Shown: positions 27,001 through 39,207 of the stretch, in pieces
Layout of the letters: each line of letters opens with the position of its first letter
Position numbering within the stretch: the first letter of the stretch is position 1
Assembly: GCF_963853765.1 (NCBI RefSeq)
Contig: NC_088857.1
Span: 56,544,001-56,608,000 of the forward strand
From: Magallana gigas
Lineage: Eukaryota
Direction: 5' to 3'
Length of the DNA: 64,000 nucleotides
The notes under the pieces: model-generated
Database searches by the model: none
What the model was told of the DNA's origin: nothing
The model's input: only the letters and a program-made list of their open reading frames with translations
Program-made: the position numbers and the translations under genes

Positions 27001-29062
27001 ATTCGGCTGTGTACAACCAGTACACATAACCTCGGACATCGGGTAAGACCTGCACCTGGCTGAACCTGTCAATCAAACTTTGTGTATTCGTTTTCATTGG
27101 ATGGTCACGCGTCTCTTTTTTTGTCAATAGCCAATAGAAATTTAATGACTTCAAGATAGTCGGAATCAGTATTTGTTGATGCACACAATTTCAACGATCG
27201 ATTATTTACATGTAACATTAATTTGAACAAAATTGAATGAAAACATAGAAAGAAAATATACCGTTCATTTCTATGAAATGCGGGAAGTAAATTCTTTTGA
27301 ATCCCGATTAAAAATAGTTCTACAAGTTATTATTTTAATTATTTAAACACTGATAACGGAAAACAACAAGTAATTAACACACTGAAATTTTCCTAAAATG
27401 TACACATGCAATTAATTATTATGGGAATCTGTATGCATGGTACTTAATTCAAATAGATTATGATAGATATATTCTACGCCGTTATGCGGGGTGCCGGTTA
27501 TGTATACGAATATTAAGACAAAAATCTAAATTATTTTTTATTTTTTGTTCTTTTCGAAATCCGAAATAGAAATGACAACTTTCTTTATTGTTTAATCTAT
27601 TGATTTTTCCCTGTGATATTATTTACGGAACATTTATTTACGCGAATGTTTCGACATAAAAAAAATTAGTCGGTTGTTTTATAGCATTTTTCTAACTTAT
27701 GTGACTAATTAGATTTTACATAGCTTTCAAAATTATCAATGTAAATAATTACAGGTTTATTTACAGTAAGTATTTTTACATCGTATTCTCTGAAACCAAT
27801 AAAAATATTAATGTGAGAAGAAAAAACAAATCCCGCCGAATACTGAAAAACCAAATTATCAATGTAAATAATCACAGGTTTATTTACAGTTAGTATTTTT
27901 ACATCGTATTCTCTGAAACAAATAAAAATATTAATGTGAGAAGAAAAAACAAATCCCGTTGAATACTGAAAAAAGCGATATCAGTTTGTAATCATACGGA
28001 TTTTTTTTTTGGTATTGAATATTGTGTTACGGTAACTTTTTTCTCTGAAATATTTATTATTTACGGTACCAATACGAATCATGGATATTTCTTTTGAGCA
28101 ATAAATATATTTATAGAAGTAATATTTTTGGCTAATTCGGTGAATAAATAATTTTTTGCTTTAAATATAAGTACTAAATTAATTTAATCAATCAATTCAA
28201 TACTTATGTACATATATGTTTCTAATATCAGTATTTCTATTATTTCGTGTTTTCTTAAAATTAATTCTTACTAACAGAGTCAGGGTAAAAATCCGAGAGG
28301 ACCCGAATCGATCAGGATAAAAGCGTGTCCAAAGCGTGTGAAAAGCGAGCAAATCGTTTCGTGCGAGAATCGTTTCGTGTAAACCGTTCAGCGTTTCGTG
28401 TAAATCGTTTAGCGTTTCGGGCAAAGCGTGCAGCGTTTCGTGTAAACCGTTCAGCGTTTCGTGTGAACCGTTTAGCGAGCGTGTAACGAGCGTGCAGCGA
28501 GCGTGTGGTGTAGTAGTACGTTTCAGGGTCTGTAGATGATTTATTTCAATAAAAAGTTCACATATAAAGAAACCGTCCACAATAAGTGTCTGTTGCTTGT
28601 CGTTCAGATTAAAGCTGACTATAAAATAATTATTTACAATGAAAGGAAAATAGAGTTGACTTATTAATGATAGATGAAAGAAGAGTTCACTGTTTTGTCA
28701 CTGCAGCAACATCGGCCGTTCAATGACATTCTGCTACAGAGTCGGTACATCGGCGACAAGAACGTACAGTTCACGGCTTTCTCGTCCAGAGATCTGAAAA
28801 CCAACAGGAAGCGGAAAAAGGCCATAAGCGTGTCACTTCCGACGAAATCAATCAAGTCCCCGTATATGGTAAGATGATTGATAAAATCTACAGAATTATA
28901 GATATCATAAATGAAACTGAGATGTGATTTTTTACCTAAATCATGTTGTAGAATGGATTACTGGTAGAAAAATTGCAGCAGTTGGATTTCATTGAAGACA
29001 AGAAAACATTAAAACAGAGACTCCGGATCAAGTACCGTTCACGACGTAGTAACTCTCTGTGA
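17794..29062 (+). CDS. Type I transmembrane mucin-like receptor, ~997 aa: signal peptide-FN3-CUB-FN3-CUB-Ser/Thr mucin-SEA-like-4-Cys EGF-like-TM-cytoplasmic tail. Exons 17794-17842, 21257-21439, 21570-21668, 21784-22134, 22296-22574, 22695-23030, 23152-23958, 24258-24367, 24654-24718, 24815-24957, 25200-25347, 26386-26503, 28674-28868, 28952-29062
   Basis: 14 exons splice into one open frame (2994 nt) with GT-AG junctions and matching phases. CUB signatures: CG..L..SPGYP..C.W..C..D.L..CG. FN3 signatures: PP..P..V..W..P..Y, Y.LTVSAEN..G.S. A 269-codon Ser/Thr-rich exon follows. TM is VIVGGSASAVVLLILIAVLIIC. FN3, CUB, mucin and TM are well supported; the SEA and EGF labels and the last two exons are more tentative. 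Confidence 0.8.
18510..19285. repeat. 776-bp direct repeat, copy 1 (intron 1 of the FN3-CUB gene)
   Basis: Near-identical to 20383-21158 at a constant offset of 1873 bp. Confidence 0.93.
20383..21158. repeat. 776-bp direct repeat, copy 2
   Basis: Near-identical to 18510-19285; produces the duplicated ORFs at 18956 and 20829. Confidence 0.93.
26571..28532. mobile_element. Non-autonomous TIR DNA transposon (TA target site, Tc1/mariner-like), 1962 bp
   Basis: Perfect 27-bp TIRs cagaccctgaaacgtactactacacca (26571-26597 and 28506-28532), flanked by TA on both sides. ~21-bp subterminal tandem arrays (cgtttcgtgtaaaccgtttag) at both ends, an internal 123-bp tandem duplication (27730-27974), and no transposase ORF. 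Confidence 0.88.
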
Positions 29063-29620
29063 ACGTAGAGACATGGAGACATTTCAACAGTTTGTCGGCA
29101 ACTGGACGGAACAACCAACATAAGCATAGAGACGGGGCAAAACCCTGCTAGCATGGAGACAGTACATGTAGCAACAAGGTATCATCTCGTGGAAACAACA
29201 GCCATCAAACATTGACAGAAACTGTCGAATACATCTCTCTGAAATGAATATCTTACCGGGATTAAGAGCCTCTGAACATCTTGCCAGGGCAACAACTCAT
29301 AAACATATCATTTATTAAGTTAAAACATTCCAGAGCAACATGCAACCTCTGGAATCTCGCCCGCATTACAGCTTGTGAACACACCGGAGCAACCGCGTTT
29401 GAATAACGATACAGACAAATTGCACGTGAACATCTTACAAAAGCAACAGTCCGTCACTTTGAACAGTGAGAAAAATTAACAGTTTGTTAACATTAAGGCA
29501 GAACTACGTTATCTCTACCTCTTTTGAGTCAATATGGTATTTTTACAACATTGGTTATTAATTAAATACACAAAATAAAAGACATATGGAAAATATTGCT
29601 AAAGATGTGTCGTTATTATG

Positions 29621-30746
29621 TTATCTCACCTGAATCTAAGGTACAAGTAAGCTTTTCTGATCACTTGTTGTCAGTCTGTATGTCCGTCCGTCTGTCTGTA
29701 AACTTTTCATTTTTTTAGACTTCTTACCTAGAACTACAAAGCCAAAATTAATCAAACTTGGAACAAAGTATTCTTATAGAAAGGGGATTCTAAATTGTTA
29801 AAATAAAGGACGAAACTTTTTTTAAAATAAGGGGATATCTGCTAAACTGTAAAAATAGGGCGTGTTTCTTAAAAATCATCTTCTCAAAAACCACTGCACC
29901 ATAAATGCCAATAATTTCACGAAAATTTGTCCACATAGTGAACGTTATAAAATGTTAAAACCGTGACCCCCAGACTAATACCGTGACCCCTAGAGTAATA
30001 CTGTGCCCCCAGACTAATACTGGGGCCCCAGGAGAGTTCGAAATTTTACATAAAATAAATAGGAAAAAGTTTTTAAACTTGCTCCTCAAGAACTACAAAG
30101 CTACACTTTCTTAGATAACTATGCAAGCATCCGCAGATAGTGCAGATTCTAAATTGCTAAAAGCGTGACCCCCGGACTTATATTGAGAACCCAAGAGGGG
30201 TTCAAAGTTAAAGATAGAAATTATTGGGGGAAATGTTTTAAAATTTTCTTGAGAAATACAATGCTACAATTTGTGATATTGACAGTGTCAATTCTAAATT
30301 GTTAAAGCCGTGACCCGCGGACCAATACTGGGTCAGAAAATAAGGTGTAGAGTTCAACATAAAGGTATATATTAGGAAATATATTTAAAAATATTCTTCT
30401 CATGAAATGTTTAGTTATTTTACTATGTTATAGAATCTCTTTATCTTCATCTCCTCACATCATGGTCTCTTTTTACAATTATAAATAGTTCATTTTACAT
30501 TTTTTGTTATCTTTAATACGTCGAGGCCTAGGATATCAAGACTGGTCAGTTACTGTATCTTAGATCTTAGTATCGGATGTTTAAAAAAAGTAGGCTTCTT
30601 TTTATGTATTGTTTATTGTATTGTCAAATTTTGGAATATATGAGAGTTTTACAATACTTTTTAAGAGATCATATTTAAAAATTTCGAAATAGAATGATAT
30701 GAGAACTGTTGTTTAGGTGAGCGGCGCAGCCCATTAGCCAATTGTT
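29621..30746 (+). mobile_element. Helentron-type non-autonomous element (HINE) with satellite-like internal repeats
   Basis: 5' tatctcacctgaa...aagtaagcttttctgatcac, (GTCC/GTCT) microsatellite, internal repeats sharing ccgtgacccc, 3' aggtgagc plus a degenerate hairpin and ttgtt. Confidence 0.75.
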
Positions 30747-30912
30747 AGAACTGTTTAATCCTTCAAGTCAGACAAAAAACTAATTTATGAAAAGAATTTA
30801 TCAAACAACAAAGAAGATACGATTCGTTTATCTGTTATGTAATGACCACGAGATCATAATTTATAAGAATGAAGTAATCCAAATAGTTCAAATGATGTTC
30901 TTATAGTTTAAA

Positions 30913-31508
30913 GAAAGATACCACTGAGTCTGTGTCAGGTGTTTCATATTTGGATATTTTACTGGAAATGGACATTGATGGTAACCTAACAACAAAACTT
31001 TATGATAAACGCGATGACTTCAATTTTTCTATAATAAACTTTCCTTACTTATGTAGCAATATACCTTCATCACCTGGATATGGTGTGTTTGTCTCTCAGT
31101 TAATTCGATACACAAGGGCATGCTCTTCGTATGAACAGTTTCTAAGGCGAGACAAGCTACTGTCAAACAAGTTGATAAAACAGGACTATCAACAGTCTCG
31201 TTTGAAGTCATCTTTCATAAGTTCCATGGTCTATACAACGACCTTGTCAGCAATACAATCTTCCACTGGGTCGCATGCTGACTGACGTTTTTCATTCTAA
31301 TTTGTAGACCATAATTAATCACCTAATTGTCTACGGAGTTTTCCGTTTTTATGCCGATTACGAAAAGAGCACACGGCCGGTGTGACCGGTCAGCAGAGGA
31401 TGCTCACTCCTCTATCTTTTTATAGGTCCGTATTGCTCTGCTTTGAATTTGTATTTCGTTTTATGGATTTTTGAGATGGTTGACAGTTTGTTTTTGTCAT
31501 TTTTTCAT
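30913..31508 (+). mobile_element. Penelope-like (Naiad-type) retroelement, 3' fragment: RT C-terminus plus pseudo-LTR
   Basis: Encodes DTTES..SYLDILLEMDIDGNLTTKLYDKRDDFNFSIINFPYLCSNIPSSPGYGVFVSQLIRY, with no endonuclease after the RT. Followed by the tail motif cacggccggtgtgaccggtcagcagaggatgctcactcctc. Clade assignment is from memory of Naiad RTs. Confidence 0.78.
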
Positions 31509-32613
31509 AAGCATCATCGTTCTTTCATTCAAATTCACAAGTCATTTTAATATTCTATTAACAGGACCTGGTATATCTTTTAAATTAATCCATATTTACT
31601 AAAATCTAACAATCTGAATAGAAGCCTAAAGCTAGTTGTTAAATTTAAAAAACAAAATAAATTGGAAAATTTGAGTTCCCAAGAATAAACATAGTACAAC
31701 TTAAGTGAAATATAAGAAGGAATTTGAAGCAAAAATTATATAATTTTTTTGTACCTGCTGTCCTAAATGTTCGCAAATATTGAAATTTCTTTAAAAATTA
31801 ACTGCAAGATTTTGCGCGAAAGCGTTGTACAAATATCATAAAAATTATGACAATATTATGCACTACGTAAAGGATTATTTGACATTTTAAGATACAAAAT
31901 TGATAAAAAAGTTTTTCTGTCGTTTCTATTGAATCAAAATTCAAAGCATACTTTACTGTAAGGGAGGAGACCTCTACCTGTTAAACAAACAATTGGTAAA
32001 CGCCAGTTAAACACTGAATCTCAGTGAAAATAGGAACAGTTGTGGCGATCCAAAAATGTGCGTCTTCTAACTCGAATAGGACATTATCTCTCCAAGGAGT
32101 TCTATGACAATCCTAATCAACAGAAGGGGACTTAAACAATGTAAGAGTGTAAACACTGATTGTTTTATGATTAAAATCTGTACCCGTCAAATCTAGAAGA
32201 GGATATCCTATTGATATCATTGTTAAATCGAGGCTCACGCTCTGGACGTATATAGGGGTTATAGGTCATAAGTAAGCAGGCCGAAATTCCCCTCTAATCA
32301 CCTAAAGGTATCAATTATCCCATTCTAATTGATCGGACAAAGGGAGCTGATTTTAGAGAAATCCCTCTTTTATCATTAAACTTTGTTCAAGATGTCGCCC
32401 ACTTACCACCAGCAATAAACTGATAACGGAATTCGGAAGTGGGTGTGTGCGCCCCGGTAACCTCCACTCTCTAGCGTACACGGGGGGTTTTACGTGTGCA
32501 ATTTACGTCACCCGATTTTTGGGTGTGATAAAAAGCGCATGTTGCTGGAATATTGAAGAGTTTTGTGACAAGAATTACACCTCAAATAATCAAAAATACA
32601 AAATTGATAAAAC

Positions 32614-35600
32614 ATGGAAAGATCTCTCATCATCTGTGTCGTTTTGTTCATTGGATTTTCTTACGCTGCTGTTCTACCCAACCAGAAAGGTAAAGACAGA
32701 ACAAGCTTGTTAATTCATCAAGTGATTTTAGAAAAAAAAACACCAAATATATTGTGTAATGACTTGTTTTAAGACACCCCTCTGTTTTAATTTTGATCCA
32801 TTCTGGATATTTACGATGTGGTCATTTTCTCACTTCAGATGACAGTGACCTTGATACAAAGGTAAATACAAAGCTAAAATATACACCACGATTACATACA
32901 TGTACTAGTAGGAGTTATTACAGACATAAAATATAATAAAATGTTTGTAAATAATGTGAAATACCTTACTATTGCTACTTAAAACAAATTCAAAGCGTAT
33001 TTCTGCTCAGGTTTTCTGACAGATGATGTTAATATTTGGATGTAAATCAAACAAGCAACTGTATAAGACTATTTGTTCTCTTTTGCATGCAGATTAAGAA
33101 CCTTGATTCAAAGGTACATGTAGATATTCTACTTTGGTATAGTTAAACTCAACTTGAATGATTATTTAGACAAAAATTCTAAAAACTATATCTAGATCTT
33201 ATTACAACATACTAGTACTTGTTAAGTATATAAACTTTTGTATTTGAATTGTATTTGCAGATATCTCAGCTCCGGGATCTTGTAAGTATATATATAAGTA
33301 TATATATCTATATATTGTGACTAAATCAACACGGAAAGCCTATTTCGGTAAAAGTTCGCTACTCGAACGATGGTGAATTTTTAAGTTGTTCACTAGGTGA
33401 ATGAAATCAAGAACGCAACTGAAAAGGGATCCTCCCAACATGCCTCGAGTGGTTCTAGCGCCAAGGAAAGCGACATGGCAGCCACTAGTTCGTCTGTGAA
33501 AGCACACACACGTGGAGACTCGGCGTTATCACCCGAGGAAATAACCCTCCTAAAGGTATCTGACTCAGTCCCATAAAGGTGGTCCACAAACAGGTTAAAT
33601 ATCGGGTTTCCTCCCATAAACCGACCTTTGCTATAAATAAAACAAAATTACGCAATAATCTCCTGTTTGTTTGCAGCTTAGAGGTGCAGATTTATGGGTA
33701 AAAATCTAGGTTATTTATCCCTGAAATTACGTCAGTAAAAAGCTACGAAACCAATGTAAAATTCTTAAATTAAGATTATAAAAAGGTTTTTATGACTTGC
33801 TCACCTTCCAAAAGAAAAACAATTATTTACCAAATCATGCATTCCTATTAGCAAATCACAAATATTTTGAATACATTTTAATCAAAAGAACTAAAGTTGT
33901 GTCACTTAACAGTTTTATTCAAATCTATTACATCCTTTAAATGAGAAAAGGGATAGCGCTGAATCTTCAAGAAATATCTTTACTTATCTATAGAAACTGA
34001 AGGACACGCTGGAGGAGGAAACCGCCGAGGAAAAGGACGGTCTGAAGATCTTCCAGGAGTCGGTCAAACACGAGAGAAGTAAAAAGAGTTTATAGAAATA
34101 ATGTAAACAATTCATTTGTTTTCTATGTGCCAACCTTAACACCCAGATTTAGGTTAATGTTTACTATAGTGCCCCCAGTCTCCCTGCCTTTGAAAATAAT
34201 CCCTCATGTGTAATGTTTTTAAAATATCTACATGATCTTTAGCTTGTTAGCTTCAATTTACTTAACAAAATTTTAAATGCTATTTTTTCATTATTATAAA
34301 GGACCGGAGCATGTCGGGACATTCCTTGACCGACCAATTCCGGAACAGGAAGTACCAGACACGAGCCGCGTGAAGCAGCTGGCGGCCCTTATGTCCCAGA
34401 GGTCTCAGTCCACACCGGAAGGTATCAACTTAAACACAAAACCAAATAGTTCTCTTACCGTCTTCAATTTGTAACATTTCCTAGTAGAAATTCTAGTTCA
34501 GTAAATGACATGTACATACTGCATAGCTTCTGAACGATGTTTCAGGTATGCAATAATGTTCTGTTACCTTTTTTTAAGAAATCGAGGGTAATGGATTTGG
34601 AAAATTCCATGAAACAGGTAATTTTTTTTTCTCTCTTTACACGTGTCATTTATAATGCTTATGATCACAAGAAATTATTTGTAAACTGTGTAGAACTAAT
34701 TTGATGTCCAACAACATACATGCACAACAGTCAAACTACATGTACTACGACCAATTACAGCTGGCGCGGATTGTCTAACCTTTCTCTTGTTGGGGCGGGG
34801 AGCTGTAGCAGTGTCTTATTTTTCTTAACTATGAAATATATTATAATCAATCAATCCGGCATTTCAAAAGGGGTCCAACCACAACCCCCTAACCCCCCCC
34901 CCCCCCACCCCACCCCGTAACATTTAAATCGGCACATATGTTGTGAAAGCAGAATACGTGCTCAATAATAAATTCCACTGTTCAAATGCTCCGTTGGACG
35001 AACTCAGAATAAGTAATCAATCACTTTTAGCGTACAATTAGCAACATATTTTAGTACTTTACTAATTTGAAGGTATCAATTTCAACAAAAGGCAATTCAG
35101 ACAAGGGGTTAAGAATACTTACATTGTATGTTAAAACACCTAATGAAAGTATTTTAAAAAAGTTATGCGCTTGATCCTCAGTAATTTTTTTTTATTGGAA
35201 TGAGCTACGCCGCTAGCATACCTATTTCTACTTTAAAACATTAAAAAACAATGTGTAATATGTCGTATTGCCCGCATACACAGCTAATTTACTTTTACTT
35301 GCTAGATAATCCTGCTGCTGGTCATAAGAATACATTTAGGGAGAACCGTACGTATTTTTGTAATTTTCCAATTTTCCCTAATCTATCATCTAAATGTTTC
35401 CAGTCTCGATTTTGGTGTTATTTGTTTCTTTTTAATCAACCATTCCATGGCAAGACTGCGTAGAGATTACACCGTTGATCTATATGTGGAACTATGTTTG
35501 GTATACTATATCCAAAACACATAACTAATGGTCATATATTCAACAATGAAATGAGAATGTCTGCACATAATAATACGCTCGTATTGAATTTGCATGCACA

Positions 35601-36056
35601 TTCTAAAATATTAAGGATAGAAAGTCTAACTAAATCTTCTAGGGATTGAGTCCTTTGAATTCTTTTTTCTCCAGTTCTTAATGTTCTAGTGGACAGGCTT
35701 TTGGAGGACACAGATCTTTTGCTGCGGAAAGGATTTTCATTGGATGATGTGCTGAAAAACTTATCAGGAAAAGGTAAGAGAAATAGAACCAAAACTTCGG
35801 ATGGAATGAACTTCATGAAAAATGTATTTAATGGTTGAATGATTTTAAAATGTGTAATTATATTTATTGGCCAGGGTTATTATAAAAACGTTTGCATACA
35901 TCGTATCAAAATTTCAATCAAATAGTACTACGTTCCGACTTTATTTACTTAGACACTAAACATATTGGTTTCTTTTTTATTGCAGCTCAAATGGAGAGAG
36001 AAAGAACTTCATTAGAACAAGCGTTAGAAAAACTACTGGATCAAAAGCACATATAA
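32614..36056 (+). CDS. Secreted acidic helical/coiled-coil protein, 184 aa, unknown function. Exons 32614-32689, 32839-32861, 33093-33113, 33261-33281, 33994-34078, 34302-34421, 34579-34617, 35675-35773, 35986-36056
   Basis: Nine GT-AG exons join in frame (555 nt): MERSLIICVVLFIGFSYA-AVLPNQKDDSDLDTKIKNLDSKISQLRDLKLKDTLEEETAEEKDGLKIFQESVKHERRPEHVGTFLDRPIPEQEVPDTSRVKQLAALMSQRSQSTPEEIEGNGFGKFHETVLNVLVDRLLEDTDLLLRKGFSLDDVLKNLSGKAQMERERTSLEQALEKLLDQKHI*. Clear signal peptide; no Cys in the mature part. Confidence 0.8.
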
Positions 36057-36117
36057 ATTAAAAGAGAGGCATTGAAGGGACATTTATTTTCATACGCATT
36101 CCTTTTGAATTCGAACT

Positions 36118-36249
36118 NNNNNNNNNNNNNNNNNNNNNNNNNNNNNNNNNNNNNNNNNNNNNNNNNNNNNNNNNNNNNNNNNNNNNNNNNNNNNNNNNNN
36201 NNNNNNNNNNNNNNNNNNNNNNNNNNNNNNNNNNNNNNNNNNNNNNNNN
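36118..36249. other. Assembly gap (132 N)
   Basis: Run of N about 60 bp downstream of the stop codon of the secreted coiled-coil gene. Confidence 1.
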
Positions 36250-37049
36250 CAAATATTATTTTCATCTACTTTTTGTACAATGTTCAATTTTTTAACAACG
36301 ACAACTCTGTTTAATATTAAACTCAATATATTTTGAAATAAACGGTAGACAGATCTAAATTGTTTGTCGTTGTTTTTCTGCTTAAGCAGTTTTTTATCAA
36401 CACTTACTGAGAGAAAGTATGAGAGGAAAAAGCTCAAATTTACGAGTCTTGTCACAACTGCTCTTTTCCCGATTGATATTGAGAGAAAATCGTTGTTTAC
36501 TAGATTTTATTTGGTTATTTGAAGCAAAAAAATTAGGAAAACGTATGTGAAACAATTATATTATTATTTACGCCTAAAATTTAGACTTGATTTGTCTTGA
36601 TAAAGAAGATAAAAGTGAAAATTTTAAAGCGGTCTTTTATTATTGTTTTACTAAAACATCATAAAAGAAATGTGTGTATGTAGAAAATTTCATATTACCA
36701 GCGTTTCTATGTTAAAATGGGATACTCAAAAATTCAGTTCAATATCCTATCCCACACAATCACTGGTTAAAAATCAATCAATTAGTCAGTCAATATACAA
36801 ATTCAAGTTACGAGGTTTAAATAAAAAAAAAAAAAAAAAAAAGTTACGATGTTGTCAAACATGCTTAGGTTATGTTAAGTCTGGCACTTTTACTTTTTTT
36901 AGGTTTAAGGACAGAAAGAAATAATTAATTATTTTCATTTATCTATAATTTGAGTTAAATACGTTGCCGGGGATTTCTTTCGCACTTACTCTAATCGAAA
37001 AATTCAATGGAGTTATACCCCCTCCCTCCCCAAAAGAATTGAGCTATTG

Positions 37050-38500
37050 CAAGCAACGAGAGGTCCTTCGTTTAATACACCATTAACAAGGCTATCGGGA
37101 TAATTGTTCTTTTCTATAATTTCTTAACACTTTATCAAATTTTGTTTTAACCTTTGTACAGAATTCAATAGGCATATCATTAAACTAATCAATTTAAAAA
37201 GGCGCTATTATAGTGATTTTTGATTAAAAAAAAAAAAAAATTCTGAAATTAGTAAAATCTATCATTTTAAAAATAAAATCATTCATCGTAACACTGATAG
37301 TTTTTTTCTAAAAGTCGGCCCTCATGGATGGAACCCGGGTCGCCTGCGCATGTCCACAACTATAATGGCTGAGGTACATGTACGCAGACTCTTGCTTCAG
37401 TAGTACTACTTTAAAGCCCAAAATCTCAAGACTATGTGGATCAATTTTAAAACAAATTTATGTTCATATTATGTATTTTGAGGAGCGTATCTTTCGAAAA
37501 ATTTCAATTATTCAAATATCTCAAATAAAAAAAGTGAAAAATAAAGGTATTTCGGTTCCTTAAGGTGACGACTGGAAGTGACGGCGGACGTTGGGACATG
37601 CAAAGGGCATTGTGGCTGAAGACTATCTACCATCACTGAAAATGTGAAAGTTTAATATTTGATACTTTTGGAGAAAAAAATGTGAACAAGCAAAACCAAA
37701 ATCTTAAATATCTCAGAACCAGAAGTGGCAAAAAACGATCAACTGATTTTTGACAAATGTTGTCATGAGTTAGATGTGAAAGTTTCAATACAATAAGTCG
37801 AAGCGTTTTGAGAGAACGCGACTGAAAAAATAGCTATATAGACGCGTTCTCGTTGGGAGCAACAAGAGATCTTCTGTCGAAATGCACCATAATATACGCT
37901 ATCGGGATAGTTGTTCTTTTATATCTTTTTTAAATTTTCAATCAAATTCAATTTAACCCTCTATATGGATTTCAACAGTCATTTAATTAAACTAAACGCA
38001 CTATTATTGTAATTTTATAAAAGATATCGGAAATTAGAAAAATCTATTATTTCACAGATAAAGGATAAACCGAAACACAATCAAAGAAGAACAATGTCCA
38101 ACACTCGAGGATTGACCCTGGGTCGCCTGACAGAAGACTACGACTCTAACAAATGAGCTATGAGGGCCTTCGATTCAAAACTTTTTGAAGCCAAAAATCA
38201 AGAAAAAGGGTGAATTGTTTATAAAACAAAAAGGTATTCAGCATACATTAAAGCATTTTGTCAACCTTGAAAAACTAACAAATAATGTGGAAAAACAAAA
38301 AAGAAGATGAAAAAAATAAGTTTTTGTTTCAATCCAATGACGACCGGTAGTGACGGCGGACGTACGGATATGCGTAGGGCACTGCGGATATGGACTCTCT
38401 TTATAATCGCTGAAAACTTTTAAGTTTTACCTTTGATACTTTTTAAAAGAAAAATCGTAAACAAGCAAAAATATAAAATCTTCAGTATTTCGTGTTAAGT
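37050..38500 (-). mobile_element. Two diverged tandem copies (~790 bp apart) of a repeat carrying a tRNA-like (Pol III A/B box) segment
   Basis: Shared blocks gctatcgggata.ttgttctttt (37091/37898) and tgacgac.gg.agtgacggcggacg (37565/38338). On the - strand, 38107-38160 reads tagctcatttgttagag...gggtcaatcc (A and B box); 37326-37378 is a more decayed copy. Confidence 0.55.
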
Positions 38501-38647
38501 TATGATAAATAATGATCATATATTTTTTTTATAAATTATATTTAGTGTAAGTCAATTGGCATTGAACTGAAAGAGTTGACGTTCGTTTGAAACTATAATG
38601 AATCACTGCGTATGAGATGCCTACACAAATGATGTGTTAAAGTTTAA

Positions 38648-39139
38648 AGGGGCATGGTCACGATTTTGGTCAAAATTTATTTTTTCGATTTTAATGTTAA
38701 CAATGCTTCAGTAAGGCATTTTTAATAGGTAACCAAAATTTGAGCTTCATTTGATGAGTCATAAGCGAGTTACAGAGTTTACAAAGCTTCGCTATGTAAA
38801 CAAAACGTTTGTTTACATTTTGAATGTTGAAGTGAAAACTCCAGTTTTTAGACCTAAAATGACTTGTTTAATCGTTAGGAACTGTTTAATTATGCTTAAA
38901 ATGAATAATAAGATGGACAAACCAGCTTTAAAAGATTTTTAACTGGTATATTGAACCTATGTAAATAAAAACAGGGCACGAGCCTTGTTTACATGACGAA
39001 GAATTGTGAGCCCTGTATCTTGCTTAAAACTCAACGACTGACACCCAAATTTCCTTTGATCATTAGAAATGCATTCCTAAAGCATTGCAAATAATAAAAA
39101 CAGAAAAATAAAATTGACCCAATTCGTGACCATGCCCCT
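38648..39139. mobile_element. Kolobok-like MITE (TTAA target duplication), complete copy
   Basis: TTAA|aggggcatggtcacga...tcgtgaccatgcccct|TTAA. RR..YY termini with a TTAA TSD are the established Kolobok signature. Confidence 0.85.
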
Positions 39140-39207
39140 TTAAGATCATATTTATTAATTTAGCTATTTCATAATGTGAGCCGATGTTTGAACACAAATG
39201 ATTCCAA

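Noticed and set aside
28674-28868. Faint resemblance of RPFNDILLQSRYIGDK to the start of a DOK-type PH domain
   Set aside because: Only a few matching residues from memory, and the frame stops too soon for a full PH fold.
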